From Patescibacteria group bacterium (GTDB lineage: Bacteria; Patescibacteriota; Microgenomatia; Levybacterales; UBA12049), in assembly GCA_038064195.1 (NCBI GenBank), contig JBBTTO010000003.1, positions 178,428-242,427 on the forward strand: a stretch of 64,000 nucleotides of DNA, given 5' to 3'. This document shows, piece by piece, positions 47,903 through 56,818 of the stretch. The notes under the pieces were generated by a model. The model searched no databases, was not told the origin of the DNA, and saw only the letters and a list, made by a program, of their open reading frames with translations. A program made the translations under genes and the position numbers. How positions within the stretch are numbered: position 1 is the stretch's first letter; each line of letters opens with the position of its first letter.

Positions 47903-48853
47903 TTAAATGAAAAGTCCCTTTTTGAGTTCCGTCATTGAGAATTCAACTTCAAATGTCGTTCGATCACCGACGTTCACATACAGCGATAAGATATCGGGAT
48001 AATTTTTTTTGATTACACCCCCGCATGAATAGACTACCCGTCTGGTGTCCGGATGGAGCTCCTCGACTAGTGGCAATCCCGCCTCGTCCAAAAAGTCGTC
48101 CGGAGTGAGGATAGGCTCCTTTTTTACAATTACTTCAAAAGAATTGCCTTTTCGGATTAATTTCGCTCTGCCGATACTATAAACATACTTCTCTTTTCCT
48201 TTGATAGTGTGCAGTGATATCCCATGAATAATAAAAAGTGCTTCATTTGGTGTCAACCAGATAGGTGGCATAGTTGTTCCAATCCGCCACTTCGCCCAAG
48301 GAAGATCTGTGGGAAAGGAGATATCATCTATTTTTTCGGCAATTTGCGAATGAAGCGAAAAGACTAAGAGCTTGTGGTAGTATGCCTCTACTTCGGGGCG
48401 AAAGAGATAGGTATTTTTATCAATAGGAGTCAGGTTCTTGCCGGGTCCGAAAGAATCAACGACAAGAAAAGGGGGGAGCTCTTTTTTCCACGAACTATGA
48501 GAGTCAATTTTGACAATTGCCGGAAAAGGGATAGGATGTCCTTTCCTGTCGCGAAAAACAGCCGTGAGTCCGATAATAAGATTTTCATTTGCGAGTTCCA
48601 AAGCTCTGGGATCTTCCAGATTGATACCCTCATGAATAGGTTGCCATATAACTTTATCATGGAGTATCCTCCCGTCCTTCGCTACTTCGAAAAGTTTGAG
48701 AATACCGGTGTCAGGTTCTCCGTTATCTCCTGCATTGGTGACTTCACGACCGATGAAAAAGAGTGAATCTTCGCCTGCTTTTTGCCAAACTGCTACATTA
48801 AAACGAGCAAGAGTAATATTTGGGAAAATGTCTTTGATTTGATGAACTTTCAT
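47903..48853 (-). CDS. GH130-like beta-propeller glycosidase/phosphorylase
   Basis: FNVAV, LEDPR, KN, FRP, VVYSCG; coupled to the GT gene. Confidence 0.7.
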   Translation of the reverse strand: MKVHQIKDIFPNITLARFNVAVWQKAGEDSLFFIGREVTNAGDNGEPDTGILKLFEVAKDGRILHDKVIWQPIHEGINLEDPRALELANENLIIGLTAVFRDRKGHPIPFPAIVKIDSHSSWKKELPPFLVVDSFGPGKNLTPIDKNTYLFRPEVEAYYHKLLVFSLHSQIAEKIDDISFPTDLPWAKWRIGTTMPPIWLTPNEALFIIHGISLHTIKGKEKYVYSIGRAKLIRKGNSFEVIVKKEPILTPDDFLDEAGLPLVEELHPDTRRVVYSCGGVIKKNYPDILSLYVNVGDRTTFEVEFSMTELKKGLFI

Positions 48854-51042
48854 TAATTGAGATCGGTGACCATGTAACTTGCCATAAGATATGAGACGAG
48901 AGATTCCGCTCCCTGATTACGATTGACTCGATCAGGATGGAGTCCGTCATAACAGCCACCACTCTCCCTGTCATAAAGAGCTACTTTGAGACTGTTATTT
49001 CCTAAGAACCAACTGAAGCATTTTTTGGCTAAAGTCTTATATTCTTCATTACCAGTGTAGTGATATGTAGTTGTGAGTGCAAGGATCATTGAGGCCGGGT
49101 CCTCAGGCTGTTGATCATAATAACTGCGTTCACCATTGTTTTTGTACCAGGCTGCATGACCGATAGGCATGTACGTTGCTCCGAATGTTTGACTAATCAA
49201 AAATCTAAGTGATGCAAGGGCACTTTTTTCATAGGTTTTATTCTTCAACAAATCACCAGCAATCAGCAAACTCTCCGGAAGGAGTGCGTTACTATAGTTA
49301 AGATGATTTTCAAACCAATGCCAATCATCAATCGAGTTCTGAGCAAAGGCTGTCATTAAATCTTCAGCATAGGAGGCAATACGTTGTAGCAGTTCATCTT
49401 TTTTCTCATTCAGAAGAGGAACAACAAGAGCATATGCTTTGATAGCAAAAGCTTTGGAGCGAAGATGATGGAGTGGTTGATGTAATGAAAAGTATTTGCA
49501 AAACATCCTGCTTGCATCTGCACGAATATTTTCGCTAAGTTTTTTATTTGTCATAATTTCACTTAATGCCCACATTGCTCTCGTCTGGCAATCTTCGATA
49601 TCCTCTGTCTTATTTTGCTCTGTCGGTCTTTTTTCTTTAAAACTGAGGTAGTTCATAAATGAACCGTCAGTTTTTTGACATCTTTTGATAAAGGTAAGGT
49701 AGAGTTGAATAAGCCTCGCCACATCAGGAGTTGGGGAGCGTTGGTAAAGCCAGCTGCAAACAATAAGTGCCCGGGCATTATCATCGAGGGTGTAGCCGAA
49801 ATCTTTGTCGGGGATACTTAATTTGGCAAATTGGAATAAGCCTGTACCATCGGTCATGTTCACTAAATGATCCAGTTTAAGAACCGGGACAATCATCCGA
49901 CCAAGAAGGGAAAGATAATCTCCGGCCACCGTATTCCAAAGCATAGGGCGAGTTGTGGTGTACGCATTTTGATGCATTCTGACAAGTCTTTTCCTATCCC
50001 CAAGGAGATCAAGCAGAGCCGTGGTGATAGCTTGCGAACTCTTAATCGGGACTAATCGTCCATTTGCCTCAGTTACCAGTTCTTTTGCCTGAGTAAATTC
50101 GGTGCTGACGACTGCGCGGCCGGTCCCGAGGGCATAGGACAAAGTCCCACTGACTGATTGATTCGGGTTGGTTGAAGTAGAGATATAAATATCGGTGGCT
50201 TTTAAAAATTCAAAAAGATCCGGCAGGCCGAAATATTGATCATAGAAGCGGACATGCTCCTCTAAGCCAAGCTTGGTGATCAATTTAGCCAGTTCGATGC
50301 GGTATTTCTCGCCCTCCTGACGTCTAATGACAGGATGTGTCTCGCCCAGGATAAGATAAAGAGCTTGTGGGTATTTTTTGATGACCTCAGGTAATGCATG
50401 GAGAACATATTCGATCCCTTTCCCGCGACTGAGGAGTCCGAAGGTGCTGAAGACAAAATGATCTTCAAGTTCTAATTTTTCTTTGTATTTTTTTGAAGCC
50501 GAAAAACTGATAGGGTGAATACCATGCGGGATCATAAATACTTTACCTCGTGATGCAGGATAAAGGTTCTCGATGATCTTTTTTGAATTGCCAGTCAGGA
50601 CGACGACTGTTGAAGCCAGTTGAATAATCCTGTCGGTAACTGCCCACATTTTAGGACTCGGGACAGGGAGGACTGTATGGAGAGTTACAAGCATAGGTTT
50701 GGTACAGTTCTCCATAAATGAGAGGAGAATTTCACCTTCGCGACCACCGAATATGCCGTATTCATGTTGGATGATGACACCCGTGATGTCGTTGTCAGCA
50801 TTTATATCTGATGCCAGATCAAGATGATCTTTCTTACTATTTTGGTCGATTTCCCACATGACTTCCGGTGGGTATTTATAGGTATCAAGGGGGGAGAGAT
50901 TGAGAGCTGCGACTTGGCATTCGACCAGGGGACCGAGGAAATTTTGACTGGATTTGAGTAAGTCCTGAGTAAAGGTGGCTATGCCGCATTCCCGTGGAGG
51001 ATAGGTACTGAGAAAAACAATGGTTGGTCGAGCTTCTGAGAT
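48853..51042 (-). CDS. GT4 glycosyltransferase fused to a C-terminal alpha/alpha-toroid domain; apparent ATC start
   Basis: Conserved IVFLSTYPPRECGIATFTQDL is in frame upstream of the ORF-track start; FGLLSRGKGIE, GYTLDDNARAL, NQGAES. Confidence 0.85.
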   Translation of the reverse strand: MSEARPTIVFLSTYPPRECGIATFTQDLLKSSQNFLGPLVECQVAALNLSPLDTYKYPPEVMWEIDQNSKKDHLDLASDINADNDITGVIIQHEYGIFGGREGEILLSFMENCTKPMLVTLHTVLPVPSPKMWAVTDRIIQLASTVVVLTGNSKKIIENLYPASRGKVFMIPHGIHPISFSASKKYKEKLELEDHFVFSTFGLLSRGKGIEYVLHALPEVIKKYPQALYLILGETHPVIRRQEGEKYRIELAKLITKLGLEEHVRFYDQYFGLPDLFEFLKATDIYISTSTNPNQSVSGTLSYALGTGRAVVSTEFTQAKELVTEANGRLVPIKSSQAITTALLDLLGDRKRLVRMHQNAYTTTRPMLWNTVAGDYLSLLGRMIVPVLKLDHLVNMTDGTGLFQFAKLSIPDKDFGYTLDDNARALIVCSWLYQRSPTPDVARLIQLYLTFIKRCQKTDGSFMNYLSFKEKRPTEQNKTEDIEDCQTRAMWALSEIMTNKKLSENIRADASRMFCKYFSLHQPLHHLRSKAFAIKAYALVVPLLNEKKDELLQRIASYAEDLMTAFAQNSIDDWHWFENHLNYSNALLPESLLIAGDLLKNKTYEKSALASLRFLISQTFGATYMPIGHAAWYKNNGERSYYDQQPEDPASMILALTTTYHYTGNEEYKTLAKKCFSWFLGNNSLKVALYDRESGGCYDGLHPDRVNRNQGAESLVSYLMASYMVTDLN

Positions 51043-51162
51043 AGTCTCTATTATACTCCTTTAGCCACAAAATAGCTTGCGCAACCTGTAAATACATGTC
51101 TTATAATATTCTTACACAGTTATTGTTTGCAATCTCTACAAGTAGTGTCTATGATAATGGCA

Positions 51163-51504
51163 ATGGCAACACTCATTATTACTTTTTTAATAGGATTAAT
51201 TATTGCTTATTTTGCCACACAAAATACCGGGCCGGTGACACTTCATTTCTTTACTTATTCATTTCCCGGGATTCCTACCTATTTTGTTGTAGTGGGTGCT
51301 TTATTAGTAGGATTATTTCTATCCTGGATCATCAGCGCAGTAAATAATATTTCGACAGGTTTTGCCATGCGGGGGAAAGAGAGCAAAATTAAAGATTATA
51401 AAAAAGAGAATGCAGATCTGATGAAGAGAATTCATCAATTAGAACTCGAGAACACCAAGCTTATGGCTGAGACCGACTCTCCTCCTGATGACAAGTCTCT
51501 GTGA
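51163..51504 (+). CDS. LapA/DUF1049-family membrane protein
   Basis: FATQNTGPVTLHF; TTGCAA-17-TATGAT promoter. Confidence 0.8.
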   Translation: MATLIITFLIGLIIAYFATQNTGPVTLHFFTYSFPGIPTYFVVVGALLVGLFLSWIISAVNNISTGFAMRGKESKIKDYKKENADLMKRIHQLELENTKLMAETDSPPDDKSL

Positions 51505-51971
51505 AAAGTTTACTCGCTAAAATCTGGCGTCTTCTGGCTCTTCCCAAGGGTATTCAACTCTCCATCATGCGCATCTTTCAGGATCAATTCCTGATCGGTG
51601 TGACGGGAATTATCTACAATGACAAAAAAGAGATATTGCTTTTCAAACATACGTATCGTCAGACCCGATGGAGTCTGCCCGGGGGGTATATCAAGTCTAA
51701 AGAGCATCCTTTTGAGGCCTTAGAACGAGAAATTGAAGAAGAATCAGGACTTGTCGTTAGTAGTGAGGAGCAGCTCAAGATCAGGACAGATCGGGAGTCA
51801 TCCCGACTGGACGTAACAGTGATAGGTAAGTTTATCGGTGGGGAATTTACGCCGACACATGAAGTATCAGACTATGGATTTTTCACTTTTGAAAATCTCC
51901 CGCTTATTTCTCAAAAACAGCTCTTATTGATACAGTCTACACTTCGTGCATTGATGCCTGAAAATCGTTGA
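51501..51971 (+). CDS. NUDIX hydrolase
   Basis: PGGYIKSKEHPFEALEREIEEESGL Nudix box. Confidence 0.9.
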   Translation: MKSLLAKIWRLLALPKGIQLSIMRIFQDQFLIGVTGIIYNDKKEILLFKHTYRQTRWSLPGGYIKSKEHPFEALEREIEEESGLVVSSEEQLKIRTDRESSRLDVTVIGKFIGGEFTPTHEVSDYGFFTFENLPLISQKQLLLIQSTLRALMPENR

Positions 51972-51989
51972 TATACCCCCTAAAACTCC

Positions 51990-52005
51990 GGTGATTTGGA
52001 TCACA
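51990..52005 (+). promoter_or_regulatory. Crp/Fnr-type box
   Basis: GGTGA-tttgga-TCACA; centre 29.5 bp from TATTCT at 52027. Confidence 0.7.
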
Positions 52006-52040
52006 GCCATTATCAAGGAATAGATATATTCTCAGAAAGA

Positions 52041-52472
52041 ATGAAGTATAAGACATACCTCGTACTCCTTGTCGATCGGGAACATGCACAAATATTCCTA
52101 CTGCTTAACGGCGCCGTTGGGCAGATGAAAGAACTTAAGGATGACTATGTACGCAAGACAGTCAAGCATGTGGGTGGTGTGAGGGACGCAAGGGATAAAG
52201 TATCTCGTCGTATTGAGTTGCAACTTACGAGACATTTAACCAACGCTGGGGAGCAGGCCGGTCTTTTTGCAGAGCAGAACGGAATTGATGCGTTAGTTAT
52301 CGGTACTCATAAGCCACTATTTGGGAAAATAAAAAAGAATCTCCCTGATTCATTGAGGAAAAAACTTATGATCGAATTCGTAACCGAACTCAAGGGACCA
52401 TTTGGTGATATTCTTAAAAAGGTGGAAAAAGAAATACGGAATTTTGAGGAGGTGAAAATAGATGAAAAATAA
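52041..52472 (+). CDS. baeRF1/host-attachment-like (eRF1-related) domain protein
   Basis: YLVLLVDREHAQIF...LVIGTHKPL...LPDSLRKK. Confidence 0.65.
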   Translation: MKYKTYLVLLVDREHAQIFLLLNGAVGQMKELKDDYVRKTVKHVGGVRDARDKVSRRIELQLTRHLTNAGEQAGLFAEQNGIDALVIGTHKPLFGKIKKNLPDSLRKKLMIEFVTELKGPFGDILKKVEKEIRNFEEVKIDEK

Positions 52473-52632
52473 TGCAGGGAGTGGCGCAATCTATGGTATC
52501 GGAGTCCTGGGCGCACTGGTCTATTTTCTCCAACACGCAACCTCTTTTCTGGGAGGGGTAATCGGGATTTTTGAAGCGATTTTCTGGCCGGGAGTTGTTC
52601 TCTATAAGGTATTGGAGATGTTAAAAATGTAG
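52462..52632 (+). CDS. 56-aa membrane protein
   Basis: GGAGGTG SD; MKNNAGSGAIYGIGVLGALVYFLQHATSFLGGVIGIFEAIFWPGVVLYKVLEMLKM. Confidence 0.75.
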   Translation: MKNNAGSGAIYGIGVLGALVYFLQHATSFLGGVIGIFEAIFWPGVVLYKVLEMLKM

Positions 52633-52735
52633 AGAGAAAGCTATGGACAGACTGCTAAAGAATGTCCAGTAGTGATCCCGCTTTCCCGGAGAAAAAAATA
52701 GGGGAAATAGTATCTCAAAAGGCTCTATTTAAAAA

Positions 52736-53200
52736 ATGAAGTATTCCGTTCTTATTTTCTCAATCTTATTTTGCCTTGGGGCCGGGGCGATAGGGTCATT
52801 TTTTACGTTCTCTGCTATCCCCACGTGGTATATATATCTGGACAAACCGGCTTTTTCTCCGCCAAACTGGATTTTCGGACCTGTCTGGACAACGCTTTAT
52901 ATTTTGATGGGAATTTCCCTCTATCTGGTTCTCATGTCAGAGAATAAAAAAAGAAAAAAAGCCGTCAGGATTTTTATGCTGCAATTAATGCTGAATATAG
53001 CCTGGTCTATTTTCTTTTTTGGATTTAAAAATGCGACTCTGGGATTTGTGGATATTATTTTACTGCTTTTGACTATCATTTTGACTGCCAAAGTCTTTTA
53101 TCATATCTCAAAACCGGCAAGTTATTTACTCATCCCTTATATAGCGTGGGTAAGCTTTGCTGCTGTTTTGAATTTCTCCATTATAGTTCTCAACAGGTGA
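52736..53200 (+). CDS. tspO: TspO/MBR tryptophan-rich sensory protein
   Basis: WYIYLDKPAFSPPNWIFGPVWT, LIPYIAWVSFA. Confidence 0.92.
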   Translation: MKYSVLIFSILFCLGAGAIGSFFTFSAIPTWYIYLDKPAFSPPNWIFGPVWTTLYILMGISLYLVLMSENKKRKKAVRIFMLQLMLNIAWSIFFFGFKNATLGFVDIILLLLTIILTAKVFYHISKPASYLLIPYIAWVSFAAVLNFSIIVLNR

Positions 53201-53243
53201 ATCTCGGCTGTTTAAAAGAAAGTACCAATGAAAGCAGGTTTTA

Positions 53244-53379
53244 TCAGTTTTTAGCACGACGCGCGATAACGATAAAGCGCTTAATATCAGCAAAGCCGGA
53301 ACATGTATAGAGAATCAATGTTTCCTCCTCATTTGTCTGATTAAAGATATCGACCTGATCTGAGGAGACCTCAGTTATC
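53244..53379 (-). pseudogene. Sortase C-terminal remnant
   Basis: EVSSDQVDIFNQTNEEETLILYTCSGFADIKRFIVIA has the catalytic TC and R; the N-terminal part is absent. Confidence 0.7.
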
Positions 53380-54642
53380 TTATCTAAAGCCCAATCTCTG
53401 AACCGGCTTCCAGTGATTGATGTCTTTCCCAAGGCTGGATCGTAAGGCGGGAAGATTTATCAATGACTTAAGAAGTGCCGTGTATTCGACATAGCTTAAA
53501 ACGTAGAAAAGGAAATACATAACAGGAGCAAGCATGATATAGCGGATTTTATTTTTAAAACTGAGTGATTCTTCAGTTAGGATATTCAGTATTAAGTAAC
53601 CCGATATAACAAGAAAGGCTGATAAAAAAGTGAAGACGTCATGAACTTTAATAAGTAAAAAAAGAATATATAAGACAAAAAAAGGTTCGAGCAAGAACGC
53701 GAGATCGCTGAATATCGCGTAGGGAAGGTAAATCCAGGTGAGAGGTTTGGTAAATCTTTTATCTGTTGTAAAAAACATCGATTTATTTTTGAGGAATGTC
53801 TGGCATCGACCCCATTTCCAGCGGTATCGCTGCCTGATAAGGTCTTTAATCGAAACAACACCTTGAGTATAGGCGATAACGTCAGAGGCATACACAACTC
53901 TGGTATTTTTATTCCCGTTTTTAAGGAGCTTCATCGTCAGATCGATATCTTCAGTTACGGTATTTCCGTCATAATAACCGACTTGATCAAGGATTTCTTT
54001 TCTGAAGACAGACCCTATGCCGCCGATAATATATTCGATATTAAAGACTGTCTGAGCTCTTTTCATCCGGTAACAGACTATATATTCAAATCTTTGAATG
54101 AGGTTAAGGACTCCTTTATCTCTTTCAATTTTTACATTTGAAGCAATCGCTGCTACCTGAGGATTTTCAAAGTATTTGACAATATTTTGAAGAGCATTTT
54201 TATCCAGATAGGAATCAGCATCAAGACACATCACAAGTTCTCCTGTTGAGAAATTTTTCATGCCATTATTAAGTGCGGCTGCTTTTCCTGATCTTTTTTG
54301 ACTGACTACCGTTACATAGTTATTTTTAGTAAAGCCTGAAGAAGTAAGTATGGCGAGGGTTTCATCTGTTGAGCCATCATCCACGACGATAATTTCGGTT
54401 TTATCGAGCGGATAGTTATTTCCCAGCACAGATGTCACAGAATGAAGAATGCTGGGTGCCTCATTATGAGCGGGGATGACGACACTTATTTTGGGGTAGT
54501 TTTTTATCGTATGATTTTTATACCGGAGATGGTGGAGAAATGAATAAATATCCGAGCCGATTAAAAATAACGACATTCTTATGAGGTTAATGATGCCGAA
54601 AAATATGATAAGGAAGGTGATAATCTGAAGAAAAAAGAGCAT
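53380..54642 (-). CDS. Processive GT2 glycosyltransferase (IcaA/PgaC-like)
   Basis: DDGS, DAD, TED, QRYRW motifs. Confidence 0.9.
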   Translation of the reverse strand: MLFFLQIITFLIIFFGIINLIRMSLFLIGSDIYSFLHHLRYKNHTIKNYPKISVVIPAHNEAPSILHSVTSVLGNNYPLDKTEIIVVDDGSTDETLAILTSSGFTKNNYVTVVSQKRSGKAAALNNGMKNFSTGELVMCLDADSYLDKNALQNIVKYFENPQVAAIASNVKIERDKGVLNLIQRFEYIVCYRMKRAQTVFNIEYIIGGIGSVFRKEILDQVGYYDGNTVTEDIDLTMKLLKNGNKNTRVVYASDVIAYTQGVVSIKDLIRQRYRWKWGRCQTFLKNKSMFFTTDKRFTKPLTWIYLPYAIFSDLAFLLEPFFVLYILFLLIKVHDVFTFLSAFLVISGYLILNILTEESLSFKNKIRYIMLAPVMYFLFYVLSYVEYTALLKSLINLPALRSSLGKDINHWKPVQRLGFR

Positions 54643-54645
54643 ATA

Positions 54646-54813
54646 TTAACGAAGCAGGAGTTTTAAAATACGCGTTCCGAGAGCAATAGAGATAACTGAT
54701 GCCCCGCAAAGTATAGAAAGAACAAAAAGAAAATGATAGAGCATTTCCCCTCTGGCCAATGATATGCCGAGTGCTGAAAGTGACGATAAACCTAAAATTG
54801 AAGTTCCGATCAT
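54646..54813 (-). CDS. 55-aa hydrophobic peptide upstream of GT2
   Basis: MIGTSILGLSSLSALGISLARGEMLYHFLFVLSILCGASVISIALGTRILKLLLR; stop 3 nt before the GT2 ATG. Confidence 0.55.
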   Translation of the reverse strand: MIGTSILGLSSLSALGISLARGEMLYHFLFVLSILCGASVISIALGTRILKLLLR

Positions 54814-54851
54814 AATTGTTCAGGGGATTGTATACTAATAAGATCCTATAG

Positions 54852-54952
54852 TCAACTCCGACTTGCGTTTCGTCTAAAGCTTCGGCCAGCCTCGCCGTCC
54901 ACCTCGGATCAACCGAGTCGAGACGGGAGTCTAGGCGGGCAAGGCGAGTTGA
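54852..54952. repeat. Cluster of nested GC-rich palindromic elements
   Basis: tcgtctaaagcttcggc, ctcggatcaaccgag, cgagtcgagacggg, ggcgggcaagg; outer tcaactc/gagttga. Confidence 0.55.
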
Positions 54953-54991
54953 ATCGAAGTCAAAGATACTTTTTAGGGCTCAATATCAGGG

Positions 54992-55007
54992 TGTGATAGA
55001 AATCACA
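54992..55007 (+). promoter_or_regulatory. Crp/Fnr-type box (perfect consensus)
   Basis: TGTGA-tagaaa-TCACA; centre 29.5 bp from TAAGAT at 55029. Confidence 0.78.
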
Positions 55008-55041
55008 TACGGGAATTTATCTTAAGCATAAGATATCCATT

Positions 55042-55326
55042 ATGGGAGGATTGGGGATTGAAGGTATGACTCACCAGCAAAGAGTCGCTCACAGAATAAA
55101 AATTGCCAAGGGGCATCTGGAAACTGTTCTTAAAATGGTTGAGGGGGAGAGATATTGTATTGATGTTATTAACCAGTCGAGAGCAGTGCAAAATGCTTTA
55201 AAAGAGATTGATTATCTTCTTTTAGAAAACCATCTTCAAACCTGCGTGGTAGATCTTGTTCATAAAGGGAAAGCAAAACAGTCAGTTGAGGAAATAATGA
55301 GACTTTTCAAAAGTAACGATAAATAA
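55042..55326 (+). CDS. csoR: CsoR/RcnR metal-sensing repressor (start may be 55066)
   Basis: RIKIAKGHL...YCIDVINQSRAV...LLENHLQTC. Confidence 0.88.
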   Translation: MGGLGIEGMTHQQRVAHRIKIAKGHLETVLKMVEGERYCIDVINQSRAVQNALKEIDYLLLENHLQTCVVDLVHKGKAKQSVEEIMRLFKSNDK

Positions 55327-55327
55327 T

Positions 55328-55864
55328 ATGGCAGATAAAAAATTCATTATCATAGTTGCAATAATCACCTTAGTTATCATGCTTGGTGGTATTGCTTTGG
55401 TTAATAGTTCTTCGTCAACTCCTCAAATTTTGAGCTCAGAAAACGCCCGCCTGCAATTGTCTTCGCAAAGCGATGGCGGGCAGGCAAAAGCGGAAACAGT
55501 AGAACCAACAAGCTATGATTGGGGAAACATTTCGTATAGTGGTACTAAGGCAACAAAGACATTTGCTATCAGGAATACGGGAAGTGATCCTCTCAAGCTC
55601 TTTAATGTTAAAACCTCTTGTCATTGTACGAAAGCGCATGTAACAATTGATGGGAAAGACAGCCCAGATTTTGGAATGAGTGGTATTTCCAGCTGGGCAG
55701 GAGAAGTCCCCGTCGGTAAAGAAGCAAAAGTAACTGTTATTTTTGATCAAGCATTTCATGGCCCACAAGGTATTGGTCCCATTACCCGTTTTGTTTCCAT
55801 AGAAACAAATGATAGAGGTACTCCGAAGATTACATTTACGCTTACAGGAACCGTTGTAAAATGA
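55328..55864 (+). CDS. DUF1573 Ig-like protein
   Basis: FAIRNTGSDPLKL...TSCHCT; FHGPQG. Confidence 0.85.
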   Translation: MADKKFIIIVAIITLVIMLGGIALVNSSSSTPQILSSENARLQLSSQSDGGQAKAETVEPTSYDWGNISYSGTKATKTFAIRNTGSDPLKLFNVKTSCHCTKAHVTIDGKDSPDFGMSGISSWAGEVPVGKEAKVTVIFDQAFHGPQGIGPITRFVSIETNDRGTPKITFTLTGTVVK

Positions 55865-56817
55865 AAAAAAATGATGAATATATCGAATTAAAAATACCTC
55901 AGATTATCTTCAGAACAATTCCGTTATGGCTAGTGATACTCCTTGTCATTAATTCATCAATGCTTGTTGGATTTACCGAGTACTATTTCATGAAAAAAAT
56001 TTTTAACGATACTGTTGTTGAACTTTCTAAAAAAACAAAATCATCTGAAGAATTGTTTCAGGTAGTAAAACAGCAAGTAATTCCACAAAAAGGATTCACT
56101 CTCGGCGTTGTATGGCATGATATCGGCAAGCAGTTACTCGACTCAGGGGTTATTGATCAACAAAAGTATGACGAACTTTTTGTTAATGACCCTCAAGAGG
56201 AAGAAGCGATGAAGTATTTGACCAGTTCTTCAAAAGACCACATGAAAATTGATGAAAGAAACTCGCGTTTTATGGTGAATACACTTTGGGCTATTGGTTT
56301 GGTGAATAAAAACAGACTTTTAGACGAGGGAGACATGAAAGTAGAAGGAGAGGGGAATCCTATGAAATTCAGCTCAACAGGCGGATGGAATTTAGGCGCA
56401 AAACCGACCAGAGAGCTGTATTCTTCGACTCCGCTTATTAGTCTTTCTTTTCAGCAAGCAGAGCTTGTTAAAAAGATTGCTCAAAATGTGTATCGTCCCT
56501 GCTGTAACAATCCGACATCATTTCCTGATTGTAATCACGGCATGGCAGCACTTGGTTATATTGAGCTCGCTGTCAGCCAGGGTCTTTCAGAAAGAGAAAT
56601 CTATAAAGACGTTCTTGCGCTCAATTCGTTTTGGTTTCCACAAACATATCTAGAGCAGGCAATATATTTCCAAAAGCAAGCTAAGGCATGGGGCAGTATC
56701 GATGCGAAAGTCGCCTTATCAAAAAAATACTCCTCAGCCCAGGGAGCACAAATAGTCAGTCAGTCCATACAAGACGTACCTGGTTTGCAAGCGCCCGGGG
56801 GAGGATGCGCAGCCTAA
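55861..56817 (+). CDS. Exported Cys/His-motif hypothetical protein
   Basis: YRPCCNNPTSFPDCNHGMA, C-terminal GGGC. Confidence 0.75.
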   Translation: MKKNDEYIELKIPQIIFRTIPLWLVILLVINSSMLVGFTEYYFMKKIFNDTVVELSKKTKSSEELFQVVKQQVIPQKGFTLGVVWHDIGKQLLDSGVIDQQKYDELFVNDPQEEEAMKYLTSSSKDHMKIDERNSRFMVNTLWAIGLVNKNRLLDEGDMKVEGEGNPMKFSSTGGWNLGAKPTRELYSSTPLISLSFQQAELVKKIAQNVYRPCCNNPTSFPDCNHGMAALGYIELAVSQGLSEREIYKDVLALNSFWFPQTYLEQAIYFQKQAKAWGSIDAKVALSKKYSSAQGAQIVSQSIQDVPGLQAPGGGCAA

Positions 56818-56818
56818 T

